This document shows positions 24,953 to 32,000 of a DNA stretch of 32,000 bases, piece after piece (within the stretch, counting starts at the first letter, position 1; every line of letters begins with the position of its first letter). The notes beneath the pieces are model-generated. The model ran no database searches, was not told where the DNA came from, and saw only the letters and a list, made by a program, of their open reading frames with translations. The translations under genes and the position numbers were made by a program. The stretch covers positions 3,270,001 to 3,302,000 of the forward strand of contig NC_007484.1 in NCBI RefSeq assembly GCF_000012805.1, read 5' to 3'. Origin of the DNA: Nitrosococcus oceani ATCC 19707 (GTDB lineage: Bacteria > Pseudomonadota > Gammaproteobacteria > Nitrosococcales > Nitrosococcaceae).

Positions 24953-25891
24953 TTATCCCGCGAATCGCAGTAGACGTTTGATTCTTGCTTTCAGGCCTAG
25001 CTGGTCGAGCCTGGAACCCAGCCAACCTGATACGCAAGACGAAAAATTGTGGCTGTAGATGATAGCTCCGTTGCGAATCGAATTCTTGACAAAGAATACA
25101 TTGGCGCAATTTTTTTGGTGCGTGGCAAAGAGGCGCTTATGATCCGACTGGCCTTCAGTGAAATCAAAAATTTTAAATCGACCCTCGCCGAAAAGCTCTT
25201 GCAGAGCTAGCCATTGAAGTACTGTGCCGACCGACAGCTTCATGTAGTCAGGATCATAGCCGAGATAGGCATAGATGAGCACATCGTTACGAGCGGGGCA
25301 ATACAGGTACGATACGGGCCGCTCGCCGTCGAATAGGATATAGGCCCGCAAGCGGTCTTCGCCCGCCAGTGCTTCCGCCTGCTGGATGAAGGCATCGGAC
25401 CCAGGGATCCCCGCATCGAGAAGCCGTTCCTGATACGTCAACTTTGACACTCGCCGTGCTTGGCGGAAAAAATCACCGATTTCCCCAGGTGCTTTATAGG
25501 TTTTCCAGCGGATGTTGCCGCCGCAATGTTTGGCGTATTTCTTCACTTTGCGATTAATCGTGGAACGCGTTTTCGAAGAAAACGTCTTCTGATAGTCGTC
25601 ATAGGTCAGGGACAAATCAATATAGTAATGCTGATAATTCAACGGCACGTAACAGAGGTAGCTGCCATGTCTGCTGATTCTGGGAAGTTCAGTGCCTACC
25701 GGTAGCGCACGGACGCTGAATCCCTGGCTTCCCTCCACAAGTTCGTCAGCGGGCGGTTCCAGTGGCAACTGCGGCAACGATTCATCAAACAGATCGACCG
25801 ATCGGCATTGGAGCGGCAATGAAGCGCTCCACAATGTCCGGTCACTGAGCTGATATTTGAAAGGTACCTGGCGTAACTTCCAACCTTTCAT
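24953..25891 (-). CDS. FemAB-like / CelD-BcsL-like GNAT-fold acyltransferase (Acetyltransf_6-type)
   Basis: The 312-aa ORF contains SSKTRSTINRKVKKY...RAYILFDGERPVSYLYC...YAYLGYDPDYMKLSVGTVLQW, typical of the FemAB-like family found next to polysaccharide deacetylases in exopolysaccharide loci. It overlaps the upstream deacetylase gene by 4 nt. Confidence 0.55.
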   Translation of the reverse strand: MKGWKLRQVPFKYQLSDRTLWSASLPLQCRSVDLFDESLPQLPLEPPADELVEGSQGFSVRALPVGTELPRISRHGSYLCYVPLNYQHYYIDLSLTYDDYQKTFSSKTRSTINRKVKKYAKHCGGNIRWKTYKAPGEIGDFFRQARRVSKLTYQERLLDAGIPGSDAFIQQAEALAGEDRLRAYILFDGERPVSYLYCPARNDVLIYAYLGYDPDYMKLSVGTVLQWLALQELFGEGRFKIFDFTEGQSDHKRLFATHQKNCANVFFVKNSIRNGAIIYSHNFSSCVSGWLGSRLDQLGLKARIKRLLRFAG

Positions 25892-26850
25892 TGGTATTTC
25901 CTGCGATAGGCTTGTTCAAACATTCTTATTCCCGTCTTCCATGGCGTTACTTTGAGCGGGGCGGGCTGTGATGGCACAGCTTTGGGAGTCAGCCCCTGAA
26001 ATCCACAGGTGCGGAACGAATCGCGGTTGCGGTCAAGAAATGCGCACAATTTTCTGAAGCGTTCAACGACAATCTCATCAGGCCGGTTCTTGGATGGATT
26101 AAGCAGTTCGAAGCTATGGGACAAAATAACGAAGGAGCTGCGTTTCTCCTCCAGCGCTTTCCACAGCAGAGCCTCAATCTCGCCATAAGAACAGGCGGTC
26201 AGTTGCACATGGCGCAGCGATCCCGTGCCATCCTTGAACACGGTCATGGGATACTCAAAGACGCCTTCACATTCAATTGGCTCGACAACCGTCACATTTG
26301 GCATCACACCGCTGGCGGGTCCGAATCGGGTGGCATTATAACTACTGTCAATGCCAATACCATTGGCGTGCAAGGCGCGAAGAGTATTTCTGCTGAAACC
26401 GAAGCTTCCGGCACGAAAAGCGTTGACTTCAGGCGCCTGCGCTTTCTTGAGCAGAAAGATGCCCGCGCCAACCAATTGCGTCTGCTCCTCCAGCGAATAG
26501 TGGAAAAGATGCCGCCTCTTTGTCGCGGTGTTAGCGATCAGCGGTTGTCTGGATTCGTCCACCCATTCCGTATGCAAATGCAACTGGATCTCCTGGTGGC
26601 TATTGCGAATGAGGGCCACGATCTCTTCAAGTGGCTGATCCCCGAACCGCGTAGAAAAAAGCGGTTCCACAAAAAAACTGGCGGATAGCGCGTGATCTTC
26701 AAGCACCTTCAGCTGGTACGGCAGGCCGTAATCCCCGCTCGAAGTCGGACCGATGATGTATTTACGAAAGGCATCGGGAAACTTCTGATCGATGTCCACC
26801 CAGCCATCGCACCAGATTTCTACATCTACAGTAAAATGAACATCGAGCAT
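25888..26850 (-). CDS. Polysaccharide deacetylase-like (CE4-related) protein
   Basis: Has the N-terminal FTVDVE motif (a variant of the TFDD metal-binding motif), a His cluster EIQLHLHTEW, and FRAGSFG. A strong RBS (AGGAGG) lies 8 nt upstream of the ATG. Confidence 0.55.
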   Translation of the reverse strand: MLDVHFTVDVEIWCDGWVDIDQKFPDAFRKYIIGPTSSGDYGLPYQLKVLEDHALSASFFVEPLFSTRFGDQPLEEIVALIRNSHQEIQLHLHTEWVDESRQPLIANTATKRRHLFHYSLEEQTQLVGAGIFLLKKAQAPEVNAFRAGSFGFSRNTLRALHANGIGIDSSYNATRFGPASGVMPNVTVVEPIECEGVFEYPMTVFKDGTGSLRHVQLTACSYGEIEALLWKALEEKRSSFVILSHSFELLNPSKNRPDEIVVERFRKLCAFLDRNRDSFRTCGFQGLTPKAVPSQPAPLKVTPWKTGIRMFEQAYRRKYQ

Positions 26851-26933
26851 CAGATATACCTCCTAATGTCCGCCACAAGGGGGCGGAAAACCTGGTGAAG
26901 CAAGCCCAGTCCAGCGCACTTATTTGTCCGCTG

Positions 26934-27104
26934 CTACGCTTTGTCATCGATCACTCGATGGCAAAGCGGCCGCACTTGCCGGGGCATCACTCCTGGATCA
27001 GGTAATTTGTTTAGGGTCTTTGCATCCGCTGCCTTTTTTTCGACATTCACCACCGCTTTCGCTTTGTCGCGTACCACCTGATCCTGTTTAACCATTTTTT
27101 GCAT
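26934..27104 (-). CDS. Small hypothetical protein (56 aa), lysine-rich
   Basis: This is the part of ORF 26934-27227 from the internal ATG at 27104, which avoids overlap with the DUF779 gene (MQKMVKQDQVVRDKAKAVVNVEKKAADAK...). It matches no family I recognise and may not be expressed. Confidence 0.25.
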   Translation of the reverse strand: MQKMVKQDQVVRDKAKAVVNVEKKAADAKTLNKLPDPGVMPRQVRPLCHRVIDDKA

Positions 27105-27129
27105 GGATGTGGAAGTTACAAGGAGATTG

Positions 27130-27519
27130 TCAAGCAGAAAGTGGGTCCTGTTTTTCCAGGGCTTGTAGCTCTTCTTCGGTAAACATGCGCGATTGGATAA
27201 TAAAGCGAACGCCCATCGGTATTTCAATGGAAAAGCTGGAGCCTCGCCCAGATTTTACATCAAGCGTAAGCTGGGTGTGTTTCCAGTATTCAAACTGATC
27301 GCGTGCCATATAGAAAGGGCAACCATAGACTTCGCCCAGTTTAATGTCAGAACCGCCTACCTTAAAATCACCATCTTCGTAACACATGGGTGAGGAACCG
27401 TCGCAGCAGCCACCGCTTTGATGGAACATAAGGTCGCCATGTTTTTCCCGCAGTTGGTCGATCACTTTTTTGGCCTCTTTGGTAACCGTCACGCGTTTTA
27501 CTTGGATTGATTGTGCCAT
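27130..27519 (-). CDS. DUF779 family protein (conserved partner of AcoD/ExaC-type aldehyde dehydrogenases)
   Basis: The 129-aa ORF carries the family signature FHQSGGCCDGSSPMCY...GCPFYM...W. It lies immediately downstream of the aldehyde dehydrogenase. Confidence 0.8.
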   Translation of the reverse strand: MAQSIQVKRVTVTKEAKKVIDQLREKHGDLMFHQSGGCCDGSSPMCYEDGDFKVGGSDIKLGEVYGCPFYMARDQFEYWKHTQLTLDVKSGRGSSFSIEIPMGVRFIIQSRMFTEEELQALEKQDPLSA

Positions 27520-27544
27520 CGTCTTAGTATCAGCTTTTAATAAG

Positions 27545-27582
27545 GCTCCGGCCCGGCAAGAGATGCCCGGCCGGAGCTTTTT
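27545..27582 (-). terminator. GC-rich hairpin between the aldehyde dehydrogenase and DUF779 genes (leaky terminator or processing/stability element)
   Basis: GCTCCGGCCCGGC-AAGAGAT-GCCCGGCCGGAGC forms a 13-bp stem with one mismatch. On the plus strand it is followed by TTTTT. On the transcribed minus strand it is followed by the weaker CUUAUUAAAA. Confidence 0.4.
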
Positions 27583-27600
27583 GAGTTAATGTTCTAGCGT

Positions 27601-29160
27601 TTAGAAGAAGCCCTGTGCTTTCTTATCGTAAGAGACGAGCATATTTTTCGTCTGCCGATAATGATCGAGCATCATCTTGTGATTTTCCCGGCCAAAGCCG
27701 GATTTTTTATATCCGCCGAAGGCCGCATGTGCAGGATAGTGATGATAGCAATTTACCCACACACGGCCTGCTTTAATAGCCCGAGGAATGCGGTACAACT
27801 GGTGTGCATCGCGTGTCCATACGCCTGCTCCCAGTCCATAAAGTGTTTCGTTAGAAATAGCGATAGCATCGGCTTCATCCTTGAAGGTTGTCAGAGAGGC
27901 TACCGGACCGAAAATCTCTTCCTGGAACACGCGCATTTTATTGTGTCCCTTAAAGATCGTCGGTTCAATATAGTAGCCGCCGGAAGTGCCGTTGGAGCCT
28001 ACATTTGCTTTTTGACCTCCGGTCAGGACTTGCGCGCCTTCTTCCCGGCCGATCTCCAGGTAGTTGAGAATTTTCTCAAATTGATCATTGGAGGCTTGTG
28101 CACCAACCATGGTTTCGGAGTTTAGTGGATTGCCTACCTTTATTTTTTTAACCCTTTCCACAACCTGTTCAATAAATGCATCGGCAATCGACTCCTGCAC
28201 GAGTATACGGGAAGGAGAGGTACAAACTTCTCCCTGGTTAAGGGCAAACATAGCGGCCCCCTCCAGTGCCTTGTCGAAAAAATCGTCGTCGGCATTCATC
28301 ACGCTTTCGAAAAATACATTCGGACTTTTGCCGCCCAGCTCAAGCGTAACGGGTATCAGATTTTCGGAGGCATACTGCATAATGAGCCGTCCAGTTGTAG
28401 TTTCGCCGGTAAATGCAACTTTAGCAATCCGGGGCGAAGAAGCCAGCGGTTTGCCCGCCTCGGAGCCAAATCCGTTAACTACATTCAATACGCCGTTGGG
28501 CACTACCTCTTTGATCAGATCGGCCAAAATAATGATGCTGGCCGGTGTCTGTTCAGCAGCTTTTATCACCGTACAGTTACCTGCGGCCAGGGCAGGGGCC
28601 ATTTTCCAGGTAGCCATCAGCAGTGGGAAATTCCACGGTATGATTTGTCCCACCACGCCCAGGGGCTCGGGCAAATTTATGCTTACGGTGTCTTTATCCA
28701 GCTCGGAGATGCCGCCTTCTTCGGCGCGGATGACGCCGGCAAAATAGCGGAAGTGATCTACCGCCAGCGGAAGGTCGGCATTTAAGGTTTCACGGATGGG
28801 CTTGCCGTTTTCGACGGTTTCTACACGCGCTAGATATTCGAGATTTTCTTCGATAATATCTGCAATATCGAGCAGTACCTTACTTCGCTCGGCGGCAGAA
28901 GCCTGGTTCCAGTCTTTTGCTGCCTTGTGGGCGGCATCAAGCGCAAGTTCAATATCTTTTTCGTTAGAACGTGCTACCTTGGTAAACGGCTTGCCATCCA
29001 TCGGCGCAATATCATCAAAATATTCACCATCGACAGGCGCTACAAATTTGCCGCCGATAAAATTATCGTAATGGTCTTTGAATTCAGGGCGATCGTAAAG
29101 TTTACCGGTCGTGGACTCGGTTTCCCTTTCTTTAACTTGGGTAGTTTGATTGTTAGCCAT
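27601..29160 (-). CDS. NAD+-dependent aldehyde dehydrogenase, AcoD/ExaC-type (acetaldehyde dehydrogenase II-like)
   Basis: The 519-aa ORF contains [35 protein letters not shown], the catalytic Glu region LELGGKSPN, the catalytic Cys region [11 protein letters not shown], and the C-terminal [11 protein letters not shown]. It resembles remembered AcoD sequences along almost its whole length. Confidence 0.9.
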   Translation of the reverse strand: MANNQTTQVKERETESTTGKLYDRPEFKDHYDNFIGGKFVAPVDGEYFDDIAPMDGKPFTKVARSNEKDIELALDAAHKAAKDWNQASAAERSKVLLDIADIIEENLEYLARVETVENGKPIRETLNADLPLAVDHFRYFAGVIRAEEGGISELDKDTVSINLPEPLGVVGQIIPWNFPLLMATWKMAPALAAGNCTVIKAAEQTPASIIILADLIKEVVPNGVLNVVNGFGSEAGKPLASSPRIAKVAFTGETTTGRLIMQYASENLIPVTLELGGKSPNVFFESVMNADDDFFDKALEGAAMFALNQGEVCTSPSRILVQESIADAFIEQVVERVKKIKVGNPLNSETMVGAQASNDQFEKILNYLEIGREEGAQVLTGGQKANVGSNGTSGGYYIEPTIFKGHNKMRVFQEEIFGPVASLTTFKDEADAIAISNETLYGLGAGVWTRDAHQLYRIPRAIKAGRVWVNCYHHYPAHAAFGGYKKSGFGRENHKMMLDHYRQTKNMLVSYDKKAQGFF

Positions 29161-29507
29161 GATGGTCCTCTTTTATCTTAAACTTTCAGGTTAGAATTTG
29201 TATCCCAGGCACACTTGACTTGCATGACTCCCAACTGGCAGGGGTCGGACGGATCGGCGAAGGAATCGGCGGTTCACTTGTACCTTCAGGATAACAAAGC
29301 CTATAGAAGATAGATCCCCCACTTCATGTAACATCACAATGGGGCTGAAATGCCCCTCCATTGTTGCTCATGAAACCATAAATTCGGTACCCGGTCTATC
29401 AGCCCGTCCATATCGCCGCCGATTCCAAGAAATTCTTTTTTCATCATATCTACAAACAAGCCCTAACGGAAATGTGATCTACGTTCAACCCACATGTTAT
29501 CCCGCGC

Positions 29508-29664
29508 GTCTTTGCCGTTACTATGCGCATGGTCACTACTCCAACAATATTTCATGCTGATTTTACCCTTTTTGTTTTTACGGATTTAGTTCTACTTAAG
29601 CCGCTTCTTTGAGCAAATAGTCTTAAAAGGGATTTGCTGTCAGGCACTATTTACGTTCATTCGC
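29508..29664 (+). repeat. Copy A of a block-conserved intergenic repeat of about 160 bp
   Basis: Aligns by eye with 31840-32000. Shared blocks are GTCTTTGCCGTyACTATGCG..GGTCACT, ATATTTCATrCTGATTTTA, ATTTAGTTCTAyTT, GCAArTAGTCTT and GTCAGGCACTATTT..GTTCATTCGC, separated by diverged or indel segments. Confidence 0.8.
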
Positions 29665-29985
29665 AGAGGCTTTGAGCTCATGGAGCCTGTTTAATTCCAA
29701 ACCCAGGCGCGTCTTTTACAGCTCCCTTCCATATTGAGCTTAGGCTCTTCCTTGGCTATTATTCATCAAAGCAACAAACCACGATGGGGTTAACCTAGAA
29801 TCAAGTAATTCTGCTACTCGTGGTTCTCCTCTCCGCCTTTACAATCAGAATAAAAAGCTGGTTATCTTTCCTCTTTTTTTACCTTGTAAACCCTGAAAGC
29901 TTGTCTAGAATTAATGCAACGGATGTCCTGTGCCGCGGTGTCTTTCAGTAACGTTTTTTCCACGATTCATTGAGGAGCTTCTTTC

Positions 29986-30432
29986 ATGGCTTTAGCAGAA
30001 ACCCCCTACCGAGTAGCCGAGCATACCGTCGATGAAGTTAATTGGCGGATTGAAGAGGAAATGCGGGAACGATTACGCCACTATGCCCTTTATCCTGAAA
30101 AAATCGATCAACGTCTGCAAGAACTAGATGAAGAGTGGGACATTGAGAGAACTTTAGAGGCCAATGCCGCCAGCTTATCCCTAGTGGGTCTGACCTTAGG
30201 GCTAGCGGTAAACCGTAAATTCTTGCTATTTCCCGTGGCGATATCGGCTTTTCTGTTGCAGCACGCTATTCAAGGCTGGTGTCCCCCAATCCCCCTATTT
30301 CGCCGCCTGGGAGTACGTACCCAACGGGAGATAGAAACAGAGCGGATAGCGCTAAAGATTTTACGCAGCGATTTTGATGAAATCAGCCACGATGTTCATC
30401 CCGCTACCGTGGTGAATGCCGTACACCGTTAG
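29986..30432 (+). CDS. DUF2892 (YgaP-like) membrane protein
   Basis: The 148-aa ORF has two hydrophobic helices followed by the family GWCP motif (HAIQGWCPPIPLFRRLG). Confidence 0.65.
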   Translation: MALAETPYRVAEHTVDEVNWRIEEEMRERLRHYALYPEKIDQRLQELDEEWDIERTLEANAASLSLVGLTLGLAVNRKFLLFPVAISAFLLQHAIQGWCPPIPLFRRLGVRTQREIETERIALKILRSDFDEISHDVHPATVVNAVHR

Positions 30433-30532
30433 CGCCACGCTAGCAAAGCCTGGAGAAAAATAGGCAAGGTCAACCCAAACAGTGGGTTCAAGGCCCTCTC
30501 AGCAGGACTGCGACTCTGGAGGAAAACAAACT

Positions 30533-31336
30533 ATGGTGAACATAATTTTCATGGCTGCCCTCCTAGTGATAGTACTCGCAACAGGATGCACGGGCAGTGG
30601 CAAAGTTCTACCAGCCCTGGAGATAGAGGGACAACCAGAGAGTATCAAAACAAATGTGTTAGAAACAGGCGCTTTGGCTTTGCAACGGGATGCACCTCCC
30701 GATAAGCTCAATATTTATCTGGTCGGATTCCATCCTCTGAAAAACGATCCGCAGCACCAATTTGAAGCGCACCATTTCTGTCAGCAGGTTAACCAGGATT
30801 TTGCTCAGTGCGTCCTGTATGATGGCAACACGCCGGACGCTAACATGAATGGTATTGAATATATTATTTCTGAGCGATTGTTTAACAGCCTTCCGGAGAA
30901 AGAGCAGCAATACTGGCACCCCCATAATGGCGAAATTCTCTCAGGACAACTCGTTGCACCCGGATTGCCAGAGGCAGCTGACAAGGAGGTGATGCAGGGC
31001 AAAATGAATAGTTATGGAAAAACCTGGCATACTTGGCGAGTCACCCACGGCAATGGGAACAATGATCAGCTGCCCCTTGGCGAACCAGCACTGGCCTGGT
31101 CCTTCAATCGTTTTGGCGAAGCCAAGCCCGGACTCGTGGAAAGCCGTGATCGGCGAATGGATATTAATACCGAGGAACGCCGGCGTCAGCGCCAAGATCT
31201 TACCCCTCTTGCCCACCCTCAGGCGGGGGTCGATGCACTCCAGGGAAAATTTAAAGGGTCTACCCAGCCGATTCCGGGAGTAGTCGATAAGTCTGCCGCA
31301 CCCGGGCTAGGGGGCGAATCTTTTCCCAGCCAATAA
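30533..31336 (+). CDS. DUF1264 (OBAP-like) lipoprotein
   Basis: I chose the ATG at 30533, which has a GGAGG RBS (30518-30522). It has a lipobox (VLATGC). The core HHFCQQVNQDFAQCVLYDG...IEYIISERLFNSLPEKEQQYWHPHNGEILSGQL...SYGKTWHTW matches the DUF1264 pattern from memory. Confidence 0.6.
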   Translation: MVNIIFMAALLVIVLATGCTGSGKVLPALEIEGQPESIKTNVLETGALALQRDAPPDKLNIYLVGFHPLKNDPQHQFEAHHFCQQVNQDFAQCVLYDGNTPDANMNGIEYIISERLFNSLPEKEQQYWHPHNGEILSGQLVAPGLPEAADKEVMQGKMNSYGKTWHTWRVTHGNGNNDQLPLGEPALAWSFNRFGEAKPGLVESRDRRMDINTEERRRQRQDLTPLAHPQAGVDALQGKFKGSTQPIPGVVDKSAAPGLGGESFPSQ

Positions 31337-31839
31337 TTGTCGCCGTCCTAGCAAACTCGTTGATGGTTGCACCAGGGCAGAAGCTGTGGCTATGCAACCA
31401 ATCCTATTCCTATTCTTCGAGCTCTGAGATTGAACCACTTACCCAATAATTCTAAAAGCGGACAGCAAACGCCGTGATAATTTTTAACTCGGCTTTACCC
31501 CTTGCTTTCTAACCTTCTTTTTTTAAATTAAAAGCCCTATCCCTACGCTCGCCATAAACAGATAAGCAGTAGGTAGAGTTATAAATGACTGCCTATAATT
31601 ATACTCTTCAGATAACTCGATATTTTAGATCAAGAAGATTTAATAGAGCATCCAAAGATGGGCAGATACCCCATCATAGAATTCAGTATGATAGGGATTG
31701 GCTGAGTTCAAATTCTCTATTCAGCAGCCTACTTTATTTGAGGCGTGGAGGCAGGGGAGAAAGGATTTAAAAGCTACTATTATCTAAATGCGATAAGATG
31801 AATACGACTGATTTCCTACCACTATGCAATTTACTTCAT

Positions 31840-32000
31840 GTCTTTGCCGTCACTATGCGTACGGTCACTGATATTTCATACTGATTTTATTATTTTCGCT
31901 TTCAAAGAATTTAGTTCTATTTGAACTGCTGCCTTGGGCAAGTAGTCTTTATCTAGATTAAGAGAGAATTTTTTGTCAGGCACTATTTGGGTTCATTCGC
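31840..32000 (+). repeat. Copy B of the block-conserved intergenic repeat (reaches the window end, may continue)
   Basis: See copy A. It has the same orientation, and both terminal blocks are nearly identical to copy A (about 27 of 30 and 26 of 28 positions by eye). Confidence 0.8.

Noticed and set aside
24942-25109. Upstream extension of the GNAT ORF to 247 aa
   Set aside because: It overlaps the end of the FemAB-like gene. The internal ATG at 24941 starts 11 nt after that gene's stop and gives a normal GNAT size.
26116-28747. Plus-strand ORFs 26116-26688 (190 aa), 27661-28125 (154 aa) and 28088-28747 (219 aa)
   Set aside because: They are antisense to the deacetylase and aldehyde dehydrogenase genes. 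Their translations are Ser/Ala/Arg-rich without motifs.
29203-29222. Sigma-54-like element AGGCAC-N..-TTGCA upstream of the aldehyde dehydrogenase, and GGCAC motifs in both repeat copies (29642-29656, 31979-31993)
   Set aside because: In 29203-29222 the GG-to-GC spacing is two bases longer than the -24/-12 consensus, and the motif points away from the dehydrogenase gene. The repeat copies lack the GC of the -12 element. This is not enough to call a sigma-54 promoter.
29339-29560. 73-aa plus-strand ORF in the aldehyde dehydrogenase upstream region
   Set aside because: It has no RBS or recognisable motif. Its 3' part lies in repeat copy A, while the homologous copy B has no matching ORF, so the conservation is at the DNA/RNA level rather than the protein level.
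31585-31770. 61-aa plus-strand ORF downstream of the DUF1264 gene
   Set aside because: It lies in AT-rich non-coding DNA, is Arg/Ser-rich, and has no RBS or motif.
1-32000. CRISPR arrays, rRNA genes, integrases/recombinases, reverse transcriptases (retron/DGR)
   Set aside because: I scanned the intergenic regions and the ORF list and found no regularly spaced short repeats, no rRNA-like sequence, and no ORF with recombinase or RT motifs. The only mobile-element protein is TnpB.

Overview
This looks like a proteobacterial chromosomal window with a backbone that looks close to 50% GC by eye. I cannot name the organism from the sequence alone.

Left flank (core genes): the distal part of a type II secretion operon on the minus strand (gspE-gspF-gspG-gspH-gspI), a divergent psd, a convergent rnr, and tRNA-Leu(CAG).

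Accessory mosaic (from the tRNA to about 21.9 kb, no integrase):
- An AT-rich cassette of three exported proteins: a beta-propeller-like protein with periodic histidines, a SCO1/SenC copper chaperone, and a small unknown protein.
- A tnpB-only IS200/IS605-family element with an intact RuvC/zinc-finger signature and a long subterminal hairpin.
- A Type I restriction-modification locus. hsdM-hsdS are separated from hsdR (plus a translationally coupled DUF45 HExxH peptidase) by two toxin-antitoxin cassettes, HEPN/MNT and, convergent to it, RES/Xre. This is the position PrrC occupies in the E. coli prr locus. I consider this eight-gene block the best candidate for an uncharacterised composite defence system.

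Right flank:
- A GH57-like enzyme.
- A gene-decay zone with remnants of an RND pump and a Y1-type transposase.
- A deacetylase / FemAB-like / GNAT operon.
- DUF779 plus an AcoD/ExaC-type aldehyde dehydrogenase.
- A DUF2892 + DUF1264 gene pair bracketed by a block-conserved direct repeat of about 160 bp.

I found no CRISPR array, rRNA gene or integrase. All calls rest on motif reading of the supplied translations and manual inspection of the DNA. No database search was run.
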